Below, piece by piece: positions 1 through 10,258 of a stretch of DNA of 64,000 nt (position 1 is the first letter of the stretch; each line of letters opens with the position of its first letter). Below the pieces are notes generated by a model that searched no databases, was not told where the DNA came from, and was given only the letters and a program-made list of their open reading frames with translations. Origin of the DNA: an uncultured delta proteobacterium (GTDB lineage: Bacteria; Desulfobacterota; RBG-13-43-22); contig CAWBOS010000015.1 in the NCBI GenBank assembly GCA_963790475.1, forward strand, positions 64,001 through 128,000, written 5' to 3'. The translations under genes were made by a program, and so were the position numbers.

Positions 1-167
1 CCGAAAGGTAAGATAGGAAAATGGTAAGTATACACGATTTTAGGAATAGTAGATAGGGGGATTTTTCGTTAGCTGGAACCCTTATTCGGGGGGCTGTTAA
101 CGAGTAGCGTTATATAATCCGCTGCATGTCAGATGAGGCGACGAGTAGTGTCTCTCCTTATAAATGG

Positions 168-2142
168 GTAGAGTAGAGAGCTGGAACCTGACTGGTGCCA
201 CTTTTGGTCTTTCCGATGCACGCATCTACTACGAGCTATAGTGGTCAGCCGGGGCCAGCCCTCCCTCATCAAACCGTGCATGCGGTTTTCCCGCACACGG
301 CTTTCCGATGTCCTTCACCGCAGGGCATGCGCTTTGTCCAGCCCGCCGAAGTCGGCACCTTGTAGAGACCGTACTTCTCGTATAGCGCCCTTCGTTTGAA
401 CCTGAGATACCCCATCTTTCTATCTCTGACCTTGTGCCGCTTTCGCAGGTGTGTGATCAACCGCTCTTCCACATGCCCCCGTATCCGAGCCAGTGTGGTA
501 CTGCAATTGCGGTAATGAAAGTAGCCGACCCATCCCCGCACGGTGGCGTTAACTTCATTCACCACCCACTCGATAGGCATAATGGTTCGGGATCGATCCG
601 TAATTGCCGTCACTCGGTCTTTGATAGATTGTATGGCTTTCTTTGAAGGTTGGACGTGAGGGTAGTACTTCCCCGTTCTATTGCTCCGTCCCATCCGGAT
701 CGTATATCCAAGGAAGTTGTAACTCCCTTTGTAGGCATTGACGGTCTTCGTCTTGGCCTCGTTCAGGGTAAGCCCCAGTTTCGCCAGTATCCGTCGCAGC
801 ATCTGCATCGGGCGTTCGGTTCCGCACCGGCAGAGGACAACAATATCGTCCGCATAGCGCACGATCCGTGCCCCGAGTTTCTTCTCCAACTGATGCCGTT
901 CCCATATCCTGTCCATTAGATGCAGGTACAGGTTCGCCAATATTGGTGAGATTACCCCCCCTTGCGGGGTGCCTTGACGGTTTTCCTTGCCACCGCCGAT
1001 GTTCTTTTTCTTTCCATCCTGGTCCACTTCCATGACCGGGGCTTTGAGCCACATCTTGATGATGCGCAATATCTCACCATCACTGATCCGCTCGGCAACT
1101 ACAGCCAGGAGGTTGGCGTGGGGAATGGTATCGAAGTATTTGCTCAGATCGGCGTCGATGATCTCCGTGTACCCTCTATGCATGGCCGAGGCTACATCAT
1201 CAACGGCGTCGTGGGCTGACTTCCTGGGCCTAAACCCGTATGAGCTGTCGCAAAAGTCTGCTTCAAAGATCGGTTCGATGACCAGCTTTACGGCCATCTG
1301 GGCTACCCGGTCCCGTATCGTCGGTATACCCAATGGCCTTTTGTCACCGTTGGCCTTGGGTATCATCACCCGCTTTACCGGGTCCGGTCGATAAGTCTTG
1401 CTCTTCAGTGCTTCTTCCAACTCCGCCATAAAGGCGGTTATCCCTTCTTCCGTCTCGATAGCCTCAAAGGTAACTCCGTCTATTCCGGCGCTCCCTTTAT
1501 TGGCCCGGACAAGACTGTAGGCATGACTGAGAATGTCCGCCCGGTACACCTTGTCATATAAGGCGTAGAAACGATAGGCTTTCTCCTGCTTGGCCTTCCG
1601 GTAGAGCTTCCTCTGTAGTGTCCTGATACTTTCCGGGGTTGTTAGCATCGCTGCAATCCCCTCTCCCTCCACTCTTCGGTTACTTGAACAAAGCAGGGTC
1701 CCTTCCCTCGGGCCGGGTTTTGTTGTCCCTTGCCCTCAAGCGGTACTATGAACCCCTCCGACTCCCGATACGGCCCAATACGATTTCGTCTCCTTATACG
1801 TATCGGTTGATGTTCCTCTTCCATCACCTCATCGGGTCTCCAGCACTGGACTGTTTATCTTCCACCGCATGCCGTCCTTGCTACCCCGGAAGATCTCAAA
1901 GGCTGCTTCCGTTTTCCAAGCCCTTAACATCGGCCTTCCCCATATGTCCACTGGGTCGGCATCTTCACTTTATATTTACGAGGCTACCTATTGGTTCATT
2001 TCCATTACGGCCTGTGGCTTTGCCAATTGGGAACTTACGACCCCCGGTTACCCGAACGCCGCTCCCTTGATCTACCGGGGTGAACGGACAACTCCCCGGA
2101 CGGGACTTTAACCCGTAAGTGTAAACAGTTGTTACTGCGTAC
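168..2142 (-). mobile_element. Group II intron (ORF-containing, no endonuclease domain)
   Basis: Minus strand begins GTACGCAG at 2142 (variant of GUGYG). Domain V AAGCCGTGTGCGGGAAAACCGCATGCACGGTTT (AGC triad) at about 271-303. Domain VI closes CCAGCTCTCTACTCTAC ending at 168 (+/-1). Encloses the RT ORF. Confidence 0.9.
269..1648 (-). CDS. ltrA: Group II intron reverse transcriptase/maturase
   Basis: RPLGIPTIRDR, GTPQGGVISPILANLYL, RYADD and maturase GWVGYF motifs; no HNH. ATG at 1648 follows a purine-rich RBS. The C-terminus runs into domain V, probably from a 1-nt indel near 332. Confidence 0.95.
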   Translation of the reverse strand: MLTTPESIRTLQRKLYRKAKQEKAYRFYALYDKVYRADILSHAYSLVRANKGSAGIDGVTFEAIETEEGITAFMAELEEALKSKTYRPDPVKRVMIPKANGDKRPLGIPTIRDRVAQMAVKLVIEPIFEADFCDSSYGFRPRKSAHDAVDDVASAMHRGYTEIIDADLSKYFDTIPHANLLAVVAERISDGEILRIIKMWLKAPVMEVDQDGKKKNIGGGKENRQGTPQGGVISPILANLYLHLMDRIWERHQLEKKLGARIVRYADDIVVLCRCGTERPMQMLRRILAKLGLTLNEAKTKTVNAYKGSYNFLGYTIRMGRSNRTGKYYPHVQPSKKAIQSIKDRVTAITDRSRTIMPIEWVVNEVNATVRGWVGYFHYRNCSTTLARIRGHVEERLITHLRKRHKVRDRKMGYLRFKRRALYEKYGLYKVPTSAGWTKRMPCGEGHRKAVCGKTACTV

Positions 2143-2306
2143 GGGCATCCTTATTAATTTCCTTTTTAACGATGTCCCCGGGAGGCGTCACTACAGAAGC
2201 AATAATAACAAACCATTGGTTCACTCTGGTCTGGTATATGGGAGGTCATGGTGGCCAACTCTAAGGCATCGAAGTTTTTTTCTTACCGATTGCCTAAACC
2301 CAATGT

Positions 2307-3173
2307 TTACTCTGAGCGCAGCCCCAGGAGTCTTTGGGCGTTGCCACCGAGCCATTTTCTTTTAACCTCCTCTTTGAGCGGCAAGGCCTTCAGTTCATCA
2401 ATGCAGCGTCGCCAGGGTATCATGTCATCGGTGGCAAAGAGGACCCTGTCCTGCAGCAGGCTGTTACCGTAGACCATAAGCGGGTCCCATCCCGTTCCAG
2501 GCATGCCGATATACTTTGGCGAAACTGCCCCAATCTCCATATAAACGTTTTTGTGCTTCCAGGCCACGGCTACCATCTCGGCCACCCAAGGCCAACCTCC
2601 GTGATTACCTACAATCTTAAGATCGGGGAAATCGCAGGCAACATGGTCGATGTAGATGGGGCGGCTGAAATCGATGGCGCGGTCTATCGTGAAGTTTATA
2701 GACGAATGCATGGTTACCGGTATGCCTAGCTCCTGACACTTGGCATAAACAGGGTACAGCCTCTTATCATTCGGATACATGCGCTGAGCCCAGGTCTGGA
2801 AATTGACGCCGCTGAAACCGCGTTCCCTGACTTCATTTTCCACTACTTTAACCATGTCGTCATCCTCCAGTGCATTAACCGTCAGGTAATATCTGGGAAA
2901 TTTCTTAGGGTACTTCTGAGCTATCTTGTAGACAGCGTCGTTCAGCCTCCTGTAATCGCCCAGGGCCCATTCGGCCTGGAGCACACCGTAGGTAACACCC
3001 GCATCGTCCATCGCCTGGACCATGCTCTCAGCGGTCACGCTGTACATGGCCGACACTTCGTAGGCTGACTCTGCGTACCCCCTCATATAGCTGCTCAGGA
3101 ACAGGCGCTTGGCCTCCTCTACATCATCAGTCCATTCCTGGATCGGTGCGGTCACACGAAAATCGATAATCAT
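2307..3173 (-). CDS. Amidohydrolase family protein (amidohydro_2)
   Basis: IDF N-terminus, LYPVYAKCQELGIPVTMH, NHGGWPW, RVLFATD, KWLGGNA. Confidence 0.88.
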   Translation of the reverse strand: MIIDFRVTAPIQEWTDDVEEAKRLFLSSYMRGYAESAYEVSAMYSVTAESMVQAMDDAGVTYGVLQAEWALGDYRRLNDAVYKIAQKYPKKFPRYYLTVNALEDDDMVKVVENEVRERGFSGVNFQTWAQRMYPNDKRLYPVYAKCQELGIPVTMHSSINFTIDRAIDFSRPIYIDHVACDFPDLKIVGNHGGWPWVAEMVAVAWKHKNVYMEIGAVSPKYIGMPGTGWDPLMVYGNSLLQDRVLFATDDMIPWRRCIDELKALPLKEEVKRKWLGGNAQRLLGLRSE

Positions 3174-3190
3174 TTATCTTTCCTCCGTTA

Positions 3191-3961
3191 TTATTTTTTC
3201 TTGGTCCTTTCAAGGGCGGCCTTGGCGCGCATTTTTGCCTCCATACCTGTCAAGCACAGAACAACGTCGTGCGCTTCGAGTTCGAACTGCTGCTCGTAGT
3301 CCTGATAGACACCGTAATTCAATTGGCGCTTGGTCAGTTTAATGGATAGCGATGAGTTGGCCGTAATCTTCTTTATCATCGCCATGGCCGTCTGGTCAAG
3401 CCGGTCCGGTGCTACCACGAAATTCACCAGGCCCCACTGCTCGGCTTTAGCGGCGTCGATATGTTCATTGGTGAATGCCATCCACTTGGCGCGCCCAATG
3501 CCGATCAGTAAAGGCAGGAGCTTTGTGCCGCAGTTGGTAATCCCGGCCCCGACGTTGGTTTCCGGAAACCCGAACTTCGTTCCTTCGGCTGCTATGCGAA
3601 TATCGGCGCTCATCGCCCACTCACAACCAGCGCCAAGTGCGTACCCGTGTACGGCGGCGATGACGGGCTTCTCCATATTGAGCATAAGGCGAGTGGTATC
3701 CTGAAGCACCTCAACATGTCGAAGAACATCTTCGACATTCCAGCCCGCCGGGCTTTCAGAGAGATCGTCACCGGCGCAGAAAGCGCGTCCTTCGCCCTTG
3801 AGGATAACACCTTTTACCTTGGTATCCTGTGCGGCCTCGGCCAGAGACAGGTGCACCTCTCGCGTCAATTGCACATTGATGGCGTTGAGAACTTTAGGAC
3901 GGTTCAATTTGATGACAGCGATATCCGCAACCTTTTCATACAGTACAGTTTCCAGTGTCAT
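3191..3961 (-). CDS. Enoyl-CoA hydratase/isomerase family protein
   Basis: LNRP..LNA, RAFCAGDDL, VHGYALGAGCE, FGFPE. RBS AGGAGG supports the start at 3961. Confidence 0.92.
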   Translation of the reverse strand: MTLETVLYEKVADIAVIKLNRPKVLNAINVQLTREVHLSLAEAAQDTKVKGVILKGEGRAFCAGDDLSESPAGWNVEDVLRHVEVLQDTTRLMLNMEKPVIAAVHGYALGAGCEWAMSADIRIAAEGTKFGFPETNVGAGITNCGTKLLPLLIGIGRAKWMAFTNEHIDAAKAEQWGLVNFVVAPDRLDQTAMAMIKKITANSSLSIKLTKRQLNYGVYQDYEQQFELEAHDVVLCLTGMEAKMRAKAALERTKKK

Positions 3962-3980
3962 GTTGGGTCCTCCTGTTAAA

Positions 3981-4736
3981 TTACTCGAGCTTCCATTGAG
4001 GTGGCCTCTTTTCAAAGAAGGCCGTCACGCCCTCTACGGTATCCTTCATCTTAAGAACAGGACCAGCCAGGGCCTTAAAGAGACTCAAGCTGTCCTCCAG
4101 CGACAGATACCTGGCCCTTTTGTTTATTTCTTTGCAGGCCCAAAGGGCCAACGGACCGTTGTTGCAGATTTTTTTGGCTATCGCCTCCGCGGCCGGGATC
4201 AATTCGGCCGGGGGCACAAGGCGGCTTACTAACCCGATCCGGTAGGCTTCCTGGGAGCTGACCCGATCACCAGTCATCAATATCTCCATGGCTATTGAAG
4301 CAGGGATCATCCTGGAAAGCATGATTGAAGCATAGGCGTCCACCGTGTTCAGCTTCTGGTCGGGCGTACCCAGGGAGGCTTTCTCCGCGGCTATCCTGAT
4401 ATCGCAACACAGGGCCAGCGTGAACCCGGCGCCTAAGCAATAGCCATTGATGGCGGCGATGAGCGGCTTTTTAACATTGGCCAACTGCCAGTCATAATCG
4501 GCCTCCCATCTTTCCGGATCTATCAGGTGTTGCGGGTCGGTCAAATCCGCCCCGGCGCAGAAGGACCGCTCACCCGCACCGGTTACGATCCCAACGTACA
4601 GGTCATTGTCGCGGTCAAAGTCCTGCAACGCCTTGATCAACTCAAGCGACAGTTCCCTGCTCATGGTATTGAGCGGAGGACGGTTGAGGGTGATGGTGAC
4701 TATATGGTCTTTCTTCTCATACAGGAGAATGGACAT
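3981..4736 (-). CDS. Enoyl-CoA hydratase/isomerase family protein
   Basis: ITLNRP, SFCAGADL, INGYCLGAG, EGVTAFFEKR. The two usual catalytic Glu positions read F and D. Confidence 0.9.
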   Translation of the reverse strand: MSILLYEKKDHIVTITLNRPPLNTMSRELSLELIKALQDFDRDNDLYVGIVTGAGERSFCAGADLTDPQHLIDPERWEADYDWQLANVKKPLIAAINGYCLGAGFTLALCCDIRIAAEKASLGTPDQKLNTVDAYASIMLSRMIPASIAMEILMTGDRVSSQEAYRIGLVSRLVPPAELIPAAEAIAKKICNNGPLALWACKEINKRARYLSLEDSLSLFKALAGPVLKMKDTVEGVTAFFEKRPPQWKLE

Positions 4737-4794
4737 GAGGAACTCCTTTCCCGCACCTGGCGAAGTTCGTTGCCTTCTATGGCGGTAACGGCGG

Positions 4795-6003
4795 TTAAAG
4801 GATGACTTTTTTCTCTTTGAATTGGCCTATATCTTCCCAAGTATAACCCATCTCCAGCAGGACTTCCTCGGTATGCTGGCCGAATTCCGGGGCTCCAAAA
4901 GGGGTACGCTCGGGTGTGCCCTTCAACTGGATCGGGCAGCGGATACCCTTGAGCTTACCGTAACTGAAGTGCTCGTACTCTATAATGTATTCGTTTTCCA
5001 GGGCTATCGGGTCTTTAATAACTTCCGTTGGGGTCAGGGCCGGGGCCCAGATCAGGCCGTTTTCATCAAAGCGCGGCCCCCAATATTCGCGGGATTGTTT
5101 GGCGAATAATGCGTCCAGTTCCCTGATGATCGTCGCGCTGTCCTGGCATCGATCGACATGGGTCGGATACTTGGCCTCCCATTCCGGTTTGTCCACGGCC
5201 TTGCACACCCCGGACCAGAAGCGGTCGGTCTCCAGCATCTGGAACATAAAATACTTGCCCCCCTGGGCCTCATAGGTATTGTACAAGGGGTTGCCCTGGG
5301 TAAGGCGCGACTGCCTGCCCATCTCCATCTTATAGACCAGGGCGCCCTGAATATCGATGCCGGCGACCCACATGCCGTTACCATAAAGAGAAAGCTCCAC
5401 CAGCTGGCCCTTTCCGGTCCTCTCCCTGGCAAACAAGGCCAGGGTTATACCGCCCAGGGCGAACATGCCGGTCGTGTTGTCGCCCATCGCGCCGCGCAGG
5501 GGAACGGGCGGTGTTCCCGGCTCTCCCATGGTCGACATGATCCCTGAGCGCGTCCAGAAGGCGGTCTCATCGAAAGCCGGCCAGTTGGCGCCGGGGCCTT
5601 TGGAACCATAACCGGTGATGTTGCAGTAAACCAGCCGGGGGTTGATCTGATTCAGGGTATCATAATCCAGCTTGGCCCGTTTCAGGGTAGCCGGGCGTAA
5701 ATTGGCCAGGAAAACATCCGCTTCCTTGATCATCTTATGCATGATCCTGTGGCTCTCTTCCTGTTTCAAGTCAAGAGCGATGCACCTTTTGCTTCGATTA
5801 GCCATCTCCCACATCCAGTTGTAGGTATTGGCCAGCTCAGCAGGCAGGGCTCCCGAGCTTAAGATGCCGCGAAGCGGATCACCCTCAATGGGCTCGGCCC
5901 GCACCACGTCGGCTCCATGCTCCCCCAGCCACATGCCGCAGGTCGGCCCGGCAAACCATGTGGAAACCTCCACTACCTTAACACCACTCAAAGCTGATTC
6001 CAT
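4795..6003 (-). CDS. Family III CoA-transferase (CaiB/BaiF)
   Basis: LSGVKVVE, GADVVRAE..GDPLR, NRSKRCIALDLK, NPRLVYCNITGYG, GAMGD, APEFGQHTEEVL. Confidence 0.93.
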   Translation of the reverse strand: MESALSGVKVVEVSTWFAGPTCGMWLGEHGADVVRAEPIEGDPLRGILSSGALPAELANTYNWMWEMANRSKRCIALDLKQEESHRIMHKMIKEADVFLANLRPATLKRAKLDYDTLNQINPRLVYCNITGYGSKGPGANWPAFDETAFWTRSGIMSTMGEPGTPPVPLRGAMGDNTTGMFALGGITLALFARERTGKGQLVELSLYGNGMWVAGIDIQGALVYKMEMGRQSRLTQGNPLYNTYEAQGGKYFMFQMLETDRFWSGVCKAVDKPEWEAKYPTHVDRCQDSATIIRELDALFAKQSREYWGPRFDENGLIWAPALTPTEVIKDPIALENEYIIEYEHFSYGKLKGIRCPIQLKGTPERTPFGAPEFGQHTEEVLLEMGYTWEDIGQFKEKKVIL

Positions 6004-6083
6004 TCGGGTACCTCCCATCCAAATATTATTTTCCGGTTAAACAAGAGTTTCAGGCCATCAGCAACCGGGAGCTTGAATTTCGT

Positions 6084-7523
6084 CTAGGCTGATAATTTCT
6101 CTTCCGCCTCAGCCAGCGTCGCATCGGCGATTTTTTGCAGGTTCTCCGCCAGGTCGATCCCTTGGCCTTTTAAATAGGACTTGCGGGCGAAATACCAAAT
6201 AAGGCCGACCATCAGAAAGCCGATGAAGACCAAAACTACCCAGGGGGTCTTGGTCGGATTGCCTTTGGCGTCCATCGTGTCCAGAAAAATACCCATGAGC
6301 AGGATAAAACCGGAGGTAACGCAGACACCGATAAAGGTGAACCACCGCCAGAAACCCCCAAACCTGAAGATCGATTTCTTGTAGAGGTCGGGAAGTTTCT
6401 GGGGAAAGCGCAACACGCAATAGGCGCCGATGATCTGGATCACCATCAAGGCCAGCACCGTGGCCAGGGCATATTTATCGATTTCAGCGGCAGTCAGAAC
6501 TCCAATAAACTCCAGTATGGTGACAATGAGGATGGCCAGAGCCGGTGTCTTATATTTGGGGTGCAGGTTGGCCACAGCCTTGGGGAACAGCCCGTCACGG
6601 GCCCAGGCCATCAAATCCCTGCCGGCTGACCAGGTCAGGGCATTGATGGTGGTGAGAATGGCTCCCATGGCCGCGATAAAGATAATCCAGATGCCCCAGC
6701 CCGGCATCAGTTTGTCCGCATCGATCATAATGGCCGAAGCGCCCTCCTTAACTGCGGCCGGAGCACCCATGGAGGCCACCAGGGCAAAGGGCTGCCAGAT
6801 GTAGAGTGCCAGTATGATCAAGAAGGAGATGACCAGCGCCAAGGGCAGATTGCGCCGGGGATTTTTAACATCGCCTCCAATATCGGCCAGAGCCACCAGG
6901 CCGGCCCAGGAGAAGCTGGCCAGTACTGTAGCCACGATGAACATCATGACCCCCCCGGAGAATAAGGGAGTCATATGGGCCGGGTTGTAGTTGGCCGAAC
7001 CTGCAAGGCTGAAGATGATCATGCCGATGACGAAGGCCAGGAACAAAATGATCTGAACCACACTGGCGACTTCCACGCCCAGGAAGTTGAGCAGGGAGAA
7101 AAACAGCAGAACCGCCAGGGGCAGGATCAGCGGATGCAGATTGAAACCGGGATTGAAGGATTGAATAAAGGTGACCACATATTTTCCGAAACCCACAGCC
7201 ACCAGCACATTGGAGGCGATCAGGGCCAGCACCGCCGAAAAGGAAAGGATGGCGCCCCAAGCCGGGTTCAACACCCTGGTCACCGCCACATAGTTGGCCC
7301 CGGTAACCGGCAGTGTGCCGGTCAGCTGTATCTGGTAGAGGACCACGAAAAGAGCGGGGATAGCCGCTGCCGCATAACACAGGTACACGCTCGCGCCGGT
7401 CATTCCGATCAGTGTAGGCACCAGTATGAAAATGGAAGCCCCTACTACCAGCCCGGTGATCATAGCCACTGCTTCAAAAAGGCCCACCTTGCGTTGCAAA
7501 ACTTCAGTTTTTTGTTCTGCCAT
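6084..7523 (-). CDS. APC family amino acid permease
   Basis: About 12 hydrophobic segments; VVGASIF, DVKNPRRNLP, ARDGLFP motifs. Confidence 0.9.
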   Translation of the reverse strand: MAEQKTEVLQRKVGLFEAVAMITGLVVGASIFILVPTLIGMTGASVYLCYAAAAIPALFVVLYQIQLTGTLPVTGANYVAVTRVLNPAWGAILSFSAVLALIASNVLVAVGFGKYVVTFIQSFNPGFNLHPLILPLAVLLFFSLLNFLGVEVASVVQIILFLAFVIGMIIFSLAGSANYNPAHMTPLFSGGVMMFIVATVLASFSWAGLVALADIGGDVKNPRRNLPLALVISFLIILALYIWQPFALVASMGAPAAVKEGASAIMIDADKLMPGWGIWIIFIAAMGAILTTINALTWSAGRDLMAWARDGLFPKAVANLHPKYKTPALAILIVTILEFIGVLTAAEIDKYALATVLALMVIQIIGAYCVLRFPQKLPDLYKKSIFRFGGFWRWFTFIGVCVTSGFILLMGIFLDTMDAKGNPTKTPWVVLVFIGFLMVGLIWYFARKSYLKGQGIDLAENLQKIADATLAEAEEKLSA

Positions 7524-7945
7524 TTTTTCCTCCCGATAAAATTTTTGAGTTTGATCCGTATTTGGGCTTTGTTCTTCTCTTATCTCGTAACTATCACCCT
7601 CTTCCTCTGGTTATTTGCTGCCAAAGTATAATAGAGGCTAATTCACATGCAGAACCGATTCTGTAAATGGTTTAACCCCAACTGTTTTATCTAACCTCCA
7701 TTAAAACCAAAAACCCCGCCTTTCTTTTGAAAAACGGGGTCCACTATTTTTCCATCGACACTCCTTTGGTTTAAGGGTTGCCTGCAAGAAAACGGTTTAA
7801 TATTACTTGAGAATTTTTATCTTTTCACAATCTAAAAGTCAAATAAAATCCTTAGGACATTATTTTACCAGAAAGGGGGTTAGTACCACCTACAACTCTT
7901 GAATGGGAACTGGAATGAAAAAGAATGATTACAGGCTGAAGGTTA

Positions 7946-8014
7946 GCATAGCCTTTGAGATGAGCGGACAGCAGAGGCGGGCCGGAGTGGGTCCGCCTGA
8001 TAGAAGGGTTAGGC
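7946..8014 (-). mobile_element. Degenerate integron attC-like site
   Basis: Minus strand GCCTAAC (RYYYAAC, overlapping the stop codon) - CCTTCTATCAGGCGGAC ... GTCCGCTCATCTCAAAG - GCTATGC (degenerate GTTRRRY); imperfect 69-bp palindrome. Confidence 0.72.
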
Positions 8015-8782
8015 ACCGGCGGCAAACACATACCGAGGATAGGTTCGCCGTGCTGCGACTGTGGCCGTAAGGTCGATATCCAGTGTGCGGAACGGTGCCT
8101 GGCTGCAAGTCTTTGCCAGTATTTCGCCGTCCGGACTGATGATCCAGCCGACGCCGCCGCACGAACCGTCCGGGTGTACGCGGTTTGATGACATACTGAA
8201 GGCCGCCGAACGAACTGCTGCAACCGTACCGACTGACAGCCACTGGTTCGTTGTTGCGGCAGATGTGGCCCGCGGGGACAGGACGGCGTTGATGTTCAGC
8301 AAGGCATAAGAACTGTAGGTTTCCAGCGCCCACAGCTCGGTGCAGATGTTCAACCCGAACGACAAGTCTCCAGCAGTGAACTGCGGGAACTCCCGATCTC
8401 CCTGGGCGAACCAGCGAGCTTCCCAGCCGCCAGGCTCGTTGGGCAGGAAGTACTTCCTGCGAAGTGGGATAAGGCCTCCCTCGTTGGACCAGACGAAGCC
8501 CTCGTTGTAGTGCTGACCGGCCTACAGTGAGACCGGTCGAGCGCCTACGACGTGTGATGCCTGGAGCTCAGGTAGGCGGCGAAGCCAGGTGTTGCACGTC
8601 GCCTCGGCCGTGGCCCAGAGTAAGGAGTCGAAGCGATCGGTTTCCCAAACTGGTTCAACGAAGGCAAACTCAGGCAGCAGCACCAGTTCCGAACGATGTT
8701 GCCTGGTGTGCTCGCAGAGGGATGCCCATGAAACAGCAAGAGGCCCGGGCTGATGTGATAACTCACAGACAGTGACTCGCAT
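8009..8782 (-). pseudogene. Carbon-nitrogen hydrolase (nitrilase superfamily), interrupted by an in-frame TAG at 8522-8524
   Basis: ORFs 8522-8782 and 8009-8365 share one frame. Catalytic triad motifs LLPE, RKYFLP, NICTELW, then SSNRV and GWIISPDGEIL. Confidence 0.85.
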
Positions 8783-9063
8783 GGTTTCCTTTCGGTGCCT
8801 GACAAGTTATTCTAAAGTTCTATATGACTCCCCAACTCAAAATATCCCTCCTGAACGTTGGGCCTTTAATATCTCCTTAGGCCTCAGCGCTCGTACGAGA
8901 GAGGGTTGAAAGGGCAGAAGTCGCGCTCTTGCAGGAGAAGGCTGACTGAAACCCTTGACCACAATCCACGCATTTATCAATCCCTCATCCACAGCCGGCG
9001 CAAGCAGGATTATGCAAATCAAGGACTTGGTTAACCTTCAACGATATTGTTCCAGGTCCTGGC

Positions 9064-10239
9064 CTATATACCCAGTCGTTTTCTCATATCGTCCATCAAC
9101 CTAATAAGGTCAATCTCCCCGGCGGGTTGCTTCCTCGCTTCCAGTACCTTCGCAGTTGTTTTACTGATGGCGAGCGCCCTGGGATTCACATTCTTCTGCC
9201 TGGACTCGTTAAGTATCTGCGTGGAAATTGGCCCGATGTAATTGTTCACAACCTTAAAGACATCGTCGGATTTACCACCCAGCACATCCACAACGCCAAG
9301 GATGACGCCGCCTGCATTTGATATAAAATCAGGCACGGACAGCACACCTTTCTTGAATAGTATTTCCTCCGCCTCGTCCGTTATTGGGACATTGGCAATG
9401 CTGGAAATTACTTTGGCCTTGATGGCTTCGACGTTATTCCTGGTAATAAGATGCGGCCTGGCGCCGGGTATAAGCACGTCCACCGGAAGGCTGTATATTT
9501 CCTGTGGTTTCATGTGCTTGGCATCTTTATAGCCGGAGACCGCTTGGTCACCGGAAGTCTTGCGGGACTTCAGCAGCGCCTTTACATCCAGGCCATCCCT
9601 ATTATAAATGGTCCCATCGATGGTGGATAAAGCCACAACCTTAGCCCCTGCTTCAGTGATATAGCGCAATACGCCGCTGCCGACTTTCCCGAAACCCTCG
9701 ACAGCCACCCTTGCTCCCTTGATATCAATGCCGGCCAGCTTGCAGGCAGTCAGTGCCGCGACCACGACGCCGTAGCCAGTGACATAATCTTCCAGCGGCT
9801 CACCATTTATTTTTTGAGTTGACAGTCCGGTAAATCTCTGGGGGATGCCTGCGCCTTCGAAGAACAGGGCTACATCGTCATTATCAGTGCCCATATCGGC
9901 GGCCATAATAATCCCTGAGCTGAGCAGGGGTTTAATGGCCTTGCCGAAAGACATCATCAATTCCTTGCGCTTCTGGCCTTTTATGGCAGGGTCTGCCCAG
10001 ATGCCTGCCTTGGCGCCGCCGACAGGGAAGTCCAGTATGGCATATTTGTGGGTCATAGCACGGGCAAGCCGAAAAATCTCGTCGGTGGTGATATCGGGCA
10101 GCATGCGTGTCCCACCCCCGGCACCGGCAAGCGACACGGTATCAACGACAACAACACCCTTCATTCCCGTATCGGGATCATAAACGTGTACTATTTTCTG
10201 TGGCCCCAATGGGTCGATCATTTTCATCCATTCAGACAT
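9064..10239 (-). CDS. Glu/Leu/Phe/Val dehydrogenase
   Basis: GGGTRM, MTHKYA, GGAKAGI, TGYGV, VAVEGFGKVG, PDFISNAGGV. Confidence 0.92.
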   Translation of the reverse strand: MSEWMKMIDPLGPQKIVHVYDPDTGMKGVVVVDTVSLAGAGGGTRMLPDITTDEIFRLARAMTHKYAILDFPVGGAKAGIWADPAIKGQKRKELMMSFGKAIKPLLSSGIIMAADMGTDNDDVALFFEGAGIPQRFTGLSTQKINGEPLEDYVTGYGVVVAALTACKLAGIDIKGARVAVEGFGKVGSGVLRYITEAGAKVVALSTIDGTIYNRDGLDVKALLKSRKTSGDQAVSGYKDAKHMKPQEIYSLPVDVLIPGARPHLITRNNVEAIKAKVISSIANVPITDEAEEILFKKGVLSVPDFISNAGGVILGVVDVLGGKSDDVFKVVNNYIGPISTQILNESRQKNVNPRALAISKTTAKVLEARKQPAGEIDLIRLMDDMRKRLGI

Positions 10240-10258
10240 TACTTTCCTCCTCGTATTT

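Noticed and set aside
70-190. Short repeats AGCTGGAACC (71, 179) and ACGAGTAG (100, 141) near the intron end
   Set aside because: Too short and irregular to separate from chance; context is cut by the window edge.
269-335. C-terminal CxxxxxxxxCxxxxC extension of the RT as a zinc finger
   Set aside because: It is domain V read in frame; one added base near 332 gives AHALR-stop before domain V.
269-1672. RT as a retron, DGR or defence-associated RT
   Set aside because: Maturase domain and flanking intron domains V/VI identify a group II intron; no template/variable repeat pair or msr-msd seen.
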